50,146 nt of DNA from Rhizobium sp. Q54 (GTDB lineage Bacteria; Pseudomonadota; Alphaproteobacteria; CADEGL01): contig CAMAPP010000004.1 of the NCBI GenBank assembly GCA_945860095.1, positions 1 to 50,146 of the forward strand, given 5' to 3'. Under the pieces are notes generated by a model. That model did not search any database. It was given only the letters and a program-made list of their open reading frames with translations, and was not told where the DNA came from. Position 1 is the first letter of the stretch. Each line of letters begins with the position of its first letter. Position numbers and translations under genes: made by a program. This document shows, piece after piece, positions 9,631 to 18,947 of the stretch.

Positions 9631-10782
9631 ATGGCACTGCATTTCAGCCGCGACGAGTACAAGCGCCGCCAGGCCGCTTCATGCCGAGCAATGATCAAGC
9701 TCGGCCTCGACGGTTTGCTCATCTTCCGCCAGGAGAGCATGTACTACCTGACCGGTTACGATACCGGCGGATATTCCATGTTCCAAGGCATGTATCTCAA
9801 TGCCGATGGGCGCATCGCCCTGCTCACGCGCACGGCTGATCGCATTCAATCGCGCATGACTTCGGTGCTCAAGGACATCCGCATCTGGTACGACCGCGAG
9901 GGCGCCAATCCCGCGCTCGATCTTCGCGCCATGATGGCGGATTTGGGTGCCGCCGGAAAGCGCGTCGGCATCGAGTATCACGCCTACGGCTTCACCGCCG
10001 AACGCGGCCGCATGGTCGATGCGGCGCTCGAGGGCTTCTGCCGCACCGAGAACGCGACCGATCTCGTGCGCCTGCTGCGCCTGGTGAAAAGTCCCGCCGA
10101 GCTCAAATACGTCCGGCGTGCCGGTGAACTGTCCGACGACGCCCTGGCGGTCGCCAACCGTATGTGCGTGCCCGGCGCCCATACCGGCGCCATATACGGC
10201 GAGATGATCGCAGCCATCATGCGCGGCGACGGCGACCCGCCTGCCTCGCGCTTTCCCATCGGCGCCGGCGAAGAGGCCATGATGGTCCGCTATCACACCG
10301 GTCACGGCCATGTCGGCAAGAACGACAACTGCGTGTTCGAATTCGCCGCTGCCTACCGCCACTACCACACCGCGCTCATGCACAATGTCATCACCGGCAA
10401 GCCCTCCAAGCGGCACGCCGACATGTTCAAGGCGTGCCGGCTGGCACTGGACGCGTGCGAGGACACGCTGCGCGCGGGCAAGACCGTGGGCGATGTTTAC
10501 GCCGCCCACGCCAAGTCGATGACGAAGTCCGGCTTCGGCAAATCGATCCTCGCGGCGTGCGGCTATACTCTTGGCGCCACCTATCCGCCGTCTTGGATGG
10601 ACTGGCCGATGTTCTGGAAGGACAATCCGCAGGTCATCGCGCCGGGCATGGTGTTCTTCATGCACATGATCCTGCTCGATGATCGCACGGGCGTGTCGAT
10701 GTCGCTTGGCGAGACTGCGATCGTGACCAAGGGCAAGTGCGAGCCCGTCAATCACGCACCGCGCGAACTCGTGGTCAATTGA
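9631..10782 (+). CDS. M24/creatinase-fold hydrolase related to ectoine hydrolase EutD/DoeA, paralog 1
   Basis: MALHFS..., QESMYYLTGYD, LRLVKSPAE, FEFAAAYRHYH, CGYTLG; RBS GGAGGA before ATG 9631. Confidence 0.85.
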   Translation: MALHFSRDEYKRRQAASCRAMIKLGLDGLLIFRQESMYYLTGYDTGGYSMFQGMYLNADGRIALLTRTADRIQSRMTSVLKDIRIWYDREGANPALDLRAMMADLGAAGKRVGIEYHAYGFTAERGRMVDAALEGFCRTENATDLVRLLRLVKSPAELKYVRRAGELSDDALAVANRMCVPGAHTGAIYGEMIAAIMRGDGDPPASRFPIGAGEEAMMVRYHTGHGHVGKNDNCVFEFAAAYRHYHTALMHNVITGKPSKRHADMFKACRLALDACEDTLRAGKTVGDVYAAHAKSMTKSGFGKSILAACGYTLGATYPPSWMDWPMFWKDNPQVIAPGMVFFMHMILLDDRTGVSMSLGETAIVTKGKCEPVNHAPRELVVN

Positions 10783-10964
10783 CGTACCGGTCGAAGGAAG
10801 CCCCAGTCCGTGGATGGCCGAGTCTATGGAGCGCCCAATTTATGGAGTGCAGGGCCAATTCAAGGACTGATTCGGGTGTGGCCGAAACCCTTGGGCGCTT
10901 GACGCCTGGGGGTTTCGGCCTTACGGCCGCCGAGCGGCAATAGAAATAGAAGGGGAGAATCATC

Positions 10965-12119
10965 GTGGCCTTACATTTCTCGCGCGCGGAATTCGCGCGC
11001 CGGCAAAAATCGGCATGCCGCGAGCTCGCGCGGCGCGGCCTCGATGGTCTCATCTGCTTTCGCCAGGAAAGCATGTATTGGCTGACGGGCTATGACACCA
11101 ACGGCTTCAGCCTCTTCCAGGGCATGTATCTCGGCGCGGACGGAAAAATTGCGCTCTGCACGCGTGGCGCCGATCGCTTGCAGTCGAAATACACCTCGGT
11201 CATCAAGGACGTACGCATCTGGACCGACCGCGAGGGCGCGACGCCCGCCATCGATCTGCGCGACATGCTCGAGTCCTATGGCTGCCGAGGCAAGCGTTTG
11301 GGCGTCGAGTACGACGCTTACGGTCTTACCGGCGCGCGCGCGAAAATGGTGGATGCAGCACTCGAGGGCTTCTGCCGCACCGAGGAAGCAACCGATATCG
11401 TCCGCCTGCTGCGCATCGTCAAAAGTCCGGCGGAAATGCGCTATGTGCGTAAGGCAGGCAAGCTCGCCGATGACGCGCGCGATATCGCGATGGCGGATTG
11501 CGTGCCAGGCGCTTCGATCGCGCGGATCTATGGCGACATGCTGGGCGCGATCATGGCGGGCGACGGCGATCCGACGGCCGCGCGTTGGCCTATCGGCGCG
11601 GGGCAGGAGGCGTTGTTCGTGCGCTATCACACCGGACACAAGCCCGTGTCCAAGACCCACGACCAGAGTACGTTCGAGTTCGCCGCGTCCTATCGGCATT
11701 ATCACACGGTGATGATGTTCGCCGTGCTGACGGGTAAGATCGACCCCCGCCACCGCGCGATGTTCGCGGTGGCGCGCGATGCCCTCGATGCCGCCGAGGC
11801 GGCGATGCGTCCGGGCAATTTGGTCGGCGATATCTTCAAGGCCCAGTCCAAGATCATTGCCAAATCCAAATTTTCGCGCACGACCCTGCCGGCCTGCGGC
11901 TATACCGTCGGCGCCAATTTCCCGCCGACCTGGATGGACGGCTGTTTCATCCATTCCGGCAATCCCCAGGTGCTGAATCCGGGCATGGTGTTCTTCAAGC
12001 AGATCATGCTGCTCGACGATCGCACGGGACTTTCCATGTCACTCGGCGAGACCTCGCTAGTCACATCCAGGGGCTGCGAGCAGGTTTGCCATGCGCCGCG
12101 CCACTTGGTCTGCAACTGA
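10965..12119 (+). CDS. M24/creatinase-fold hydrolase related to EutD/DoeA, paralog 2
   Basis: Same motifs as paralog 1; GTG start with RBS GGGGAG. Confidence 0.85.
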   Translation: MALHFSRAEFARRQKSACRELARRGLDGLICFRQESMYWLTGYDTNGFSLFQGMYLGADGKIALCTRGADRLQSKYTSVIKDVRIWTDREGATPAIDLRDMLESYGCRGKRLGVEYDAYGLTGARAKMVDAALEGFCRTEEATDIVRLLRIVKSPAEMRYVRKAGKLADDARDIAMADCVPGASIARIYGDMLGAIMAGDGDPTAARWPIGAGQEALFVRYHTGHKPVSKTHDQSTFEFAASYRHYHTVMMFAVLTGKIDPRHRAMFAVARDALDAAEAAMRPGNLVGDIFKAQSKIIAKSKFSRTTLPACGYTVGANFPPTWMDGCFIHSGNPQVLNPGMVFFKQIMLLDDRTGLSMSLGETSLVTSRGCEQVCHAPRHLVCN

Positions 12120-12213
12120 GCGGCCAGGCGGCGGTAAAGGGTAAAGGGAGCAAGTGTTACGGCCTCGCGCGGTTGCGTGATCGCGGAAGCCGTAAGAAGA
12201 ATTATGAGGGCCT

Positions 12214-12765
12214 ATGTCAATCTTCGCCGCGTTTCGCGCTTATCACGCCGTGCTCGTGGTGTTCTGCGTGCTCGCCTATCTTACGGGTGAGGCCGGACGT
12301 ATTCATGACTGGCTCGGTTACGGCGTCGCGGCGGCAATCGGCTTTCGCCTGCTGTGGTCGCCGTTCGGGCCGCGCCATCTCGGGATCTCGCGCGTATTTC
12401 CGGGCCTTGCTGAATTGCGCGCCGTGCGCTGGATCGACAACCCGGCGATCGGGAAGTTCTTCCTCTCCGGCCTTGTGCTGAGCCTCCTGGTCGCAACCGG
12501 CACGGGGCTCGCGATGGACCGCGAGTTTCGCGGCTTGTTCGCAGGCGTTTCACCCGCGATCGCGGACGATGCTGGTGGGAATGCGAGCGAGCGCAAGCGC
12601 GAGGGTGAATTTGGCGTCCTTGGCGGGTTGCACGAGTTTTCCGCAAATCTCGTGTTCCTGCTTGTTGCCGGCCATGCGAGCTTCGTATTGCTGTTTCGCC
12701 GCCCACTTGCGCGGTACATGCTGTTCCTCGCGCCCGCGCCGACGAAGCGGCATAAGGCTGACTGA
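12214..12765 (+). CDS. Cytochrome b/b6-domain (Ni-hydrogenase cyt b-like) membrane protein
   Basis: Four hydrophobic helices with candidate heme ligands AYH, IHDWLGY, LHEFSAN, AGH; FRLLW motif. Confidence 0.75.
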   Translation: MSIFAAFRAYHAVLVVFCVLAYLTGEAGRIHDWLGYGVAAAIGFRLLWSPFGPRHLGISRVFPGLAELRAVRWIDNPAIGKFFLSGLVLSLLVATGTGLAMDREFRGLFAGVSPAIADDAGGNASERKREGEFGVLGGLHEFSANLVFLLVAGHASFVLLFRRPLARYMLFLAPAPTKRHKAD

Positions 12766-12807
12766 CGACTTGGTGCGCCGCGCTATTTGACCATCGGGGA
12801 GGGTGTG

Positions 12808-14025
12808 ATGGCTTTGCATTTCACGCGACGGGAATTTGCGGCGCGAAAGGCCAAGACCTTAGCCGCCATGGCCAAGGCCGGTCTCGACGGCTTGCTCATC
12901 TTCCGTCAGGAAACCATGTACTGGCTCACGGGCTACGACACCGAGGGCTTTGTGCTGTTTCAGGGCATGTATCTCGCTGCGGACGGGCGCACGGCGTTGG
13001 TCACGCGCTCGGCCGATGATCTGCAATCGCGCCTGACCTCGGTGCTCGAGGACATCCGCATCTGGCGCGACGAGGAGGGGGCCAATCCCGCGCTTGATCT
13101 TCGCGCCATGGTCGGCGATCTCGGCGGGCGCGGACGGCGCATCGGCGTCGAGTATCACGCCTACGGTCTGACGGCCCAACGCGGCAAGGCGGTGGATGCG
13201 GCCTTCGAGGACTTCGCCACGCTCTCGGACGCGTCCGACCTCGTGCGTCTCTTGCGCCTGGTCAAAAGCCCGGCCGAGCTCGACTATATGCGCAAATCCG
13301 GCAAGCTCGCCGACAAGGCCCTGGCGATCGCCAATGAAATGACCCAGCCGGGTGTGGCGGTGGGGGCGATTTACGGCGCGATGATGAACGCGGTGCTGTC
13401 GGGCGACGGCGATCCCTCGGCGTCGCGCTGGCCGATGGGTGGCGGGCAGGATGCCCTGTTCGTGCGCTATCACACCGGCCACGGCAAGGTCGCGCGCCAC
13501 GATCAGGTGTTGTTCGAGTTCGCCGCGTCCTATCGCCACTACCATGCGGCGCTCATGAACGTGGTGTTGACGGGAACCGTCGATCCGCGACACGCCGATA
13601 TGTTCAAGGCCGCGCGCACGGCGCTGGATGCTTACGTCGATGCGCTCCGCCCGGGACGAACGGTCGGCGAGATTTTCGACACTCATGCCCGGTCGTTGAC
13701 CCGGTCGGGCTATGCGGAGTGCTATCTCAATGCCTGCGGCTACACGATGGGAGTGACCTATCCGCCCTCGTGGATGGATTGGCCGATGTGCTGGCATGGC
13801 AATCCCCAGGTCCTCGAACCCGGCATGGTGTTTTTCCTGCACATGATCATGCTGGACAAGCGCACGGGCCTGTCGATGTCGGTCGGCGAACAGGCGATCC
13901 TCACGAAGGGCGCGGCCGAACGCATCACCCATGCGCCGCGCCGCCTCGTCGTCAATGCGCCGCCCGCGCGCGGCGTGCGCTACGCGCCGAAGTCCACGCG
14001 CGCAAAGGCGAAAAAGAACCGCTGA
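12808..14025 (+). CDS. M24/creatinase-fold hydrolase related to EutD/DoeA, paralog 3 (basic C-terminal tail)
   Basis: Same motifs as paralogs 1 and 2; RBS GGGGAGG; tail APPARGVRYAPKSTRAKAKKNR. Confidence 0.85.
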   Translation: MALHFTRREFAARKAKTLAAMAKAGLDGLLIFRQETMYWLTGYDTEGFVLFQGMYLAADGRTALVTRSADDLQSRLTSVLEDIRIWRDEEGANPALDLRAMVGDLGGRGRRIGVEYHAYGLTAQRGKAVDAAFEDFATLSDASDLVRLLRLVKSPAELDYMRKSGKLADKALAIANEMTQPGVAVGAIYGAMMNAVLSGDGDPSASRWPMGGGQDALFVRYHTGHGKVARHDQVLFEFAASYRHYHAALMNVVLTGTVDPRHADMFKAARTALDAYVDALRPGRTVGEIFDTHARSLTRSGYAECYLNACGYTMGVTYPPSWMDWPMCWHGNPQVLEPGMVFFLHMIMLDKRTGLSMSVGEQAILTKGAAERITHAPRRLVVNAPPARGVRYAPKSTRAKAKKNR

Positions 14026-14257
14026 TTCGGCGAGCGAACGATAGGCGCGCCGAATCCGCTCCGTGTGCTTGCAAGCGATGTTATTCCGTGCCGCGTTGAG
14101 CGCGGCTGGCACGCAAGCGCCATGGAACGGGCAAAGCGCACGCGCGCCATAAGACAGCAAACCCAATCGCGTCCGTTCGCAAGGGCCGCGCGGGACAGTA
14201 TGAAGTCGGCACGTAAGGTTTGTAGGCTATTGGCCCCTGCGGCACGGACCCCAAACG

Positions 14258-14286
14258 AAAAGCGCCGGACCCCAGGGTCCGGCGCT
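14258..14286 (-). terminator. Intrinsic terminator for the racemase-family pair
   Basis: AGCGCCGGACCC...GGGTCCGGCGCT stem with AAAA on +, 25 bp past the stop at 14312. Confidence 0.65.
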
Positions 14287-14311
14287 CCGTAACACTTCCA
14301 AGGTATTTCAA

Positions 14312-15049
14312 TCAGTAGTACCGGCCTTCGTAGGAACGGGAATGTGTTCCGCGCTGGACGTAATCAATCATGTTGATGAAGTCGTACACCGGCAGGCCAG
14401 TCGCGTCTTGCACCGCCTTGGAATAGGGCGGAAGCATCGAACATTCGAGAATGATCGCGCCCATATCCGGGTTGTCCTTCACCATGCGCTTGGCGACGGC
14501 GATGGTCTCGGTGGTGATGCGGTCGGTATCGAGATCGCTGTCCTCGTCGAGAATGGCTTTCTTGAAGTGCGGCTCGTCTTCCATGCCGCGCACCACGACG
14601 TTCATCGAATTGTCGACGCCGGCGAGTTCGAGAACCCGGTTGCCGAGCGCGCGTGCCGAGGCCGTGATGACGCCGACGGGACGCTTGGAGCCAAGGAACG
14701 ACGAGACGAACGGAATTTGCAGCAGACTCGACATCGCGACCGGGATGCTCACCGAGCGCGCCACCAAATCCTGGTAGTTCATGAAGAAACCGCAATCGGA
14801 CGAGATTGCCTTGACGCCCTGCGCCTCGAGTTCCTGCGCCGCCTTGATGACGGCGGGCTCGAGTTCGGGATCGGCGGCGAACACGCGCTGGGTCGTGGCG
14901 CCCGGCACGGTCTTGTACAGCACGGGGTAATCGTAGGTCGTGGCATTTCCGACATCGCCCGGAACGAACGGGCCGCGATATTCGAGCAGCAGAATGCCCA
15001 CGGAATAGCCGTAGGCTTCCGCCTTTGGACGAACCTTGTAAACCGGCAT
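14312..15049 (-). CDS. Aspartate/glutamate racemase family protein, paralog B
   Basis: PGDVGNATTYDYPV, ISSDCGF and LECSMLPPY (two-Cys racemase pattern); RBS GAGGGAG. Confidence 0.85.
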   Translation of the reverse strand: MPVYKVRPKAEAYGYSVGILLLEYRGPFVPGDVGNATTYDYPVLYKTVPGATTQRVFAADPELEPAVIKAAQELEAQGVKAISSDCGFFMNYQDLVARSVSIPVAMSSLLQIPFVSSFLGSKRPVGVITASARALGNRVLELAGVDNSMNVVVRGMEDEPHFKKAILDEDSDLDTDRITTETIAVAKRMVKDNPDMGAIILECSMLPPYSKAVQDATGLPVYDFINMIDYVQRGTHSRSYEGRYY

Positions 15050-15072
15050 GACTTTTCTCCCTCGCCGCAGGC

Positions 15073-15807
15073 TCAGTACGCGCCCTGATAGGTGTGCTGC
15101 TGGGTGCCCGATTGCATGTAGTCGATCATGGAAATGAAGTCGTAAACCGGCAGGTTCACGGCTTCCTGCACCGCCTTCGCATAGGGCGGCAGCATGGAAC
15201 ATTCGAGCAGGATCGCGCCCATGGTGGGGTGTTGCCTCACCATGTCCTTGGCGCAGCGGATGGTTTCCTCGGTGATGAGGTCGGAATCAAGCGTGCCCTT
15301 TTCCTCGAGAATCGCGGTCTTGAACTCGGGCTCGTTCTGCAGGCCGCGGATGACCAGCGGGTTTTTCACCTTCACACCCGCGCGGGCGAGGAAGTCCATC
15401 GTCAGATTGGTCGAATCGGCCGTGATCACGCCGATGGGGCGCGAGGGTTCGACCGTCTTGGCGATGAAGGGCAGCTGCAACAGGCTGGAAAGCGCGACCG
15501 GCACCTTGACCGCCTCGCGCACGGCCGCCTGGAATTGCAGCATGAAGCCGCAATCCGAGGAAATCCCGCGCACGCCCGCGGCCTCGAGTTCCTTCGCCGC
15601 TGCCGCCATCTTCGCGTTGAATTCGGGCGCGCCGTTGAGGCACACCGATGTCGAAAGCCCCTCGACGGTCTTGTAGATGACCGGATAGTCGTAGGTGTGG
15701 GCGTTCGCCACGTCGCCCGGAATGAACGGAGCCTTGGCGTCGAGCAGCAGGATGCCCACGGCCTGGCCGTAGCTTTCCGCCGCTTTGCGCGTCTTGTAGA
15801 TCGTCAT
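15073..15807 (-). CDS. Aspartate/glutamate racemase family protein, paralog A
   Basis: PGDVANAHTYDYPV, ISSDCGF, LECSMLPPY; RBS GGAGGA. Confidence 0.85.
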   Translation of the reverse strand: MTIYKTRKAAESYGQAVGILLLDAKAPFIPGDVANAHTYDYPVIYKTVEGLSTSVCLNGAPEFNAKMAAAAKELEAAGVRGISSDCGFMLQFQAAVREAVKVPVALSSLLQLPFIAKTVEPSRPIGVITADSTNLTMDFLARAGVKVKNPLVIRGLQNEPEFKTAILEEKGTLDSDLITEETIRCAKDMVRQHPTMGAILLECSMLPPYAKAVQEAVNLPVYDFISMIDYMQSGTQQHTYQGAY

Positions 15808-16102
15808 ATCGTCCTCCCTCGATCTGGTCTGAACTTGTTCAGGCTTGGTCGCCTTCGCGCCGAACGCGCGGGCGATGGCCGGTTCGTCTCTCACGCCGAG
15901 GCGGCCCCATCCGGCCTCCCACGGCGCAAATACGCTCCCGTTTATGCTAGCGAATCCTTGCCCTCCGGTCCATGGGGCGAGGTTGCGGCAAGCCGGGTCG
16001 GGCGTTAATCTTGGCGCCGTCAAATCTCGCTATTTCGTTCAGGAAGATAGCCGCCGGGCGTCGCGCCGCGCGCCCGCGCAAAACCGTTACGGGAGGAACC
16101 CC

Positions 16103-17509
16103 ATGGCCGACAACACCGCGCGCAACCTGTCGCTCGAGGACATGGACCGGCAGCATTTCATGCATCCGTCCACCTCGCTTCACGACCACGTGAAGGGCAC
16201 GCCCCGGATCATTGAGTCCGCCAAGGGCATCACCATCACCGACAGCACCGGCAGGACCTTCATCGACGGCTTCGGCGGGCTGTACTGCGTCAATATCGGC
16301 TATGGCCGGACCGAGATCGCCGAGGCGATCTACGAGCAGGCGAAGAAGCTCGCCTACTACCACGTCTATGCCTCGCACTCGAACGAGCCGGCGATCCGCC
16401 TGGCCGACCGCGTGATCCGCCTTGCGCCGCCCAACATGGCGCGCGTCTATTTCGGCCTCTCGGGCTCGGACGCCAACGAAACCAATGTGAAGCTCGCCTG
16501 GTACTACAACAATCTGCGCGGTCAGCCCAAACGCACCAAGATCATCTCGCGCTGGCGCGGCTATCACGGCTCGACCGTGTTGGCGGGCTCGCTCACCGGG
16601 CTGCCGGTGTTCCACAATTACTTCAACCTGCCCGTCGGCCCCGTGCTCCACGTGGCGACGCCGCACTACTATTACGGCGCCGAACCGGGCATGAGCGAGC
16701 TCGACTATTCGAAAAAGCTCGCCGCCGATCTCGAGGCGACAATACTTAAGGAAGGCCCCGAGACCGTCGCCGCCTTCATCGGCGAACCGATCATGGGCAC
16801 CGGCGGCATCATCGTGCCGCCCGAAGGCTATTGGGGCGAAATCCAGAAGGTATTGAAGAAGTACGACATCCTTCTGATCGTCGATGAGGTGATTTGCGGC
16901 TTCGGCCGCCTGGGCGAGATGTTTGGTTGCAATGTTTACGATATCGAGCCGGATCTGATGACCGTCGCCAAGGGCCTGACCTCGGCCTATCAGCCGCTTT
17001 CGGGCGCCATCGTCTCCGACAAAATCTGCGCGGTCATCCAGGAGAAATCCGCCGAGATCGGCGCCATGGGCCACGGCTACACCTATTCCGGGCACCCTTG
17101 CGCTGCCGCCGCGGGCCTCGCCAATCTCGACATCCTCGAGAAGGAAGGCATGGTCGGCAATGCTAAGAAGCTTGGCGCCTACATGAACGCAGAGCTGAAG
17201 AAAAATTTCGCCGATCACCCGCTGGTCGGCGAAGTGCGCGGCTTGGGGCTTCTGGCCGGAATCGAGTTCGTCGCCGACAAAAAGACCAAGCAGCGCTTCG
17301 AGCCCAAGCACAAGATCGGCATCCGCGTGTCGGGGGAGTGCCTTGCCGAGGGTCTGATCGCGCGCGCGATGCCCAACGCCGATCTCCTCGCCTTCTCGCC
17401 GCCGCTTTGCATCACCAAGTCCGAGGTCGATGAAATCATCGCGCGCACCAAGCGCGCGATCGACAAGGCGGCCGGGGCCTTCCGCAAGGAAGGTATCTGG
17501 CAGGGCTGA
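16103..17509 (+). CDS. doeD: Class III PLP aminotransferase, L-2,4-diaminobutyrate transaminase DoeD-like
   Basis: IDGFGGLYCVNIGYGR, SGSDANET, EPIMGTGG, DEVICGFGR, VAKGLTSAYQPLS, IARAMP; sits directly upstream of eutB/eutC; RBS GGAGG. Confidence 0.8.
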   Translation: MADNTARNLSLEDMDRQHFMHPSTSLHDHVKGTPRIIESAKGITITDSTGRTFIDGFGGLYCVNIGYGRTEIAEAIYEQAKKLAYYHVYASHSNEPAIRLADRVIRLAPPNMARVYFGLSGSDANETNVKLAWYYNNLRGQPKRTKIISRWRGYHGSTVLAGSLTGLPVFHNYFNLPVGPVLHVATPHYYYGAEPGMSELDYSKKLAADLEATILKEGPETVAAFIGEPIMGTGGIIVPPEGYWGEIQKVLKKYDILLIVDEVICGFGRLGEMFGCNVYDIEPDLMTVAKGLTSAYQPLSGAIVSDKICAVIQEKSAEIGAMGHGYTYSGHPCAAAAGLANLDILEKEGMVGNAKKLGAYMNAELKKNFADHPLVGEVRGLGLLAGIEFVADKKTKQRFEPKHKIGIRVSGECLAEGLIARAMPNADLLAFSPPLCITKSEVDEIIARTKRAIDKAAGAFRKEGIWQG

Positions 17510-17541
17510 TCCCGGCGAACCGCCTCGTCGGGCGGAACCCC

Positions 17542-18534
17542 ATGGCTGGCGTGGAGCTTGCCGATATCTATGCGGCGCGCGTGCGGATCGCATCCGTCGC
17601 GCGCCGCACGGCCTTGATTCCCTCGCCGTCCCTGTCCGCGCGCGCGGGCGCGGATGTGCGTCTTAAGCTCGAATTTCTCCAGGACACGGGTTCGTTCAAG
17701 GTCCGCGGCGCCGCCAACACCATTCTTGCGCTCGATGCGCCGGCGCGCGCCAAGGGCGTGGTCACGGTCTCGACCGGCAATCACGGCCGGGCGGTCGCGC
17801 ACGTCGCGCGTCTAGTGGGTACGAAAGCGATTGTGTGCTTGTCCAATCTCGTGCCCGAGAACAAGCGCGCCGCCATTCGGGCGCTCGGCGCGGAATTGGT
17901 CGTGCACGGCCAAAGCCAGGACGATGCGGCCGAGATCGCCTTCGACCTCGTGCGCACCCGCGGGATGACCATGGTCAATCCCTTCGACGACGCGCGGGTC
18001 GTCGCGGGCCAGGGGACGATCGGCCTCGAGCTGCTCGAGGATTTCCCCGAAATCGATTCGGTGCTGGTGCCGGTTTCGGGCGGCGGCCTGATTTCGGGTA
18101 TCGCGCGCGCGCTCAAATCGGCGCGGCGCGATTTTCGCGTCATCGGCGTCTCGATGGACCGGGGTGCTGCGATGCACGCGAGCCTTGCCGCCGGCAAGCC
18201 CGTGCTCGTGCCCGACGTGGATACCCTCGCCGATTCTCTCCAGGGTGGCATCTTCCTCGACAACACACATACCTTTTCCATGGTCCGCGAACTCGTCGAT
18301 GACTTGGTGCTGGTCACCGAGGAGGAAATCGCCCGCGCCATGGCCTATGCCTTCGACCGCGAACATCTATGCCTCGAGGGCGGCGGCGCGGTCGGTATCG
18401 CGGCGATTCTTGCGGGCAAGGCCGGCGTGCTCGGCCGCCATGCCGCGATCGTGTTGTCGGGGACGAATGTCGCGGCGCCGGTGCTGACGCGGGTCGTCGC
18501 CGAGCATCGCGCTTGGCTCAAGGACCACGTGTGA
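17542..18534 (+). CDS. eutB: Hydroxyectoine utilization dehydratase EutB-like (threonine dehydratase family)
   Basis: TGSFKVRGA (PLP Lys), STGNHGRA, LVPENK, SQDDA, SGGGL, MDRGAAMHASL, LADSL. Confidence 0.82.
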   Translation: MAGVELADIYAARVRIASVARRTALIPSPSLSARAGADVRLKLEFLQDTGSFKVRGAANTILALDAPARAKGVVTVSTGNHGRAVAHVARLVGTKAIVCLSNLVPENKRAAIRALGAELVVHGQSQDDAAEIAFDLVRTRGMTMVNPFDDARVVAGQGTIGLELLEDFPEIDSVLVPVSGGGLISGIARALKSARRDFRVIGVSMDRGAAMHASLAAGKPVLVPDVDTLADSLQGGIFLDNTHTFSMVRELVDDLVLVTEEEIARAMAYAFDREHLCLEGGGAVGIAAILAGKAGVLGRHAAIVLSGTNVAAPVLTRVVAEHRAWLKDHV

Positions 18535-18947
18535 TGGCGCGCGACGCCATCGAGGCCGAGAAGACGCCGGCGATCGGGCCCTATTCGGTCGCCGTGCGGG
18601 CAAACGGCCTGGTTTATCTTTCGGGCCAGACCCCGGTCGATCCGGCGACGGGCAAGCTCGCGCCCGGCGGTGTGGCGGCACAGGCCGAGCAATGTTTTCG
18701 CAATCTGCGCGCGGTGCTCGCCGCCGCTCGTCTCGGCATGGACGACGCGATCAAGGTCAATGTCTATCTCGTGGATATGGGCGATTTCGCCGCGTTCAAC
18801 GCGGTTTACGAAAGACAATTCGCCAAGCCCTATCCCGCGCGCACCACGGTGGCGGTCGCGGCCCTGCCCTTCGGCGCGCGCGTCGAAATCGAAATGGTCG
18901 CGCGCGACGGCACTTCGGAACCGGGAGCGCCGCCATGCCCGACGTGA
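18534..18947 (+). CDS. RidA/YjgF family reactive enamine/imine deaminase
   Basis: PAIGPYS, YLSGQ, FNAVY, PYPARTTV, LPFGARVEIE; TGATG overlap with the eutB stop. Confidence 0.88.
   Translation: MARDAIEAEKTPAIGPYSVAVRANGLVYLSGQTPVDPATGKLAPGGVAAQAEQCFRNLRAVLAAARLGMDDAIKVNVYLVDMGDFAAFNAVYERQFAKPYPARTTVAVAALPFGARVEIEMVARDGTSEPGAPPCPT

Noticed and set aside
10783-10964. Possible riboswitch/sRNA between M24 paralogs 1 and 2
   Set aside because: Only a short TATGGAG repeat and a 6-bp inverted repeat, with no recognisable aptamer; an Rfam scan would be needed.
9631-14025. Naming the M24 genes eutD/doeA or pepP
   Set aside because: Related fold, but the motifs differ from both; orthology cannot be supported by eye.
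14312-15807. Naming the racemase-family genes eutA
   Set aside because: Same superfamily, but the motif pattern appears to be a different subfamily.
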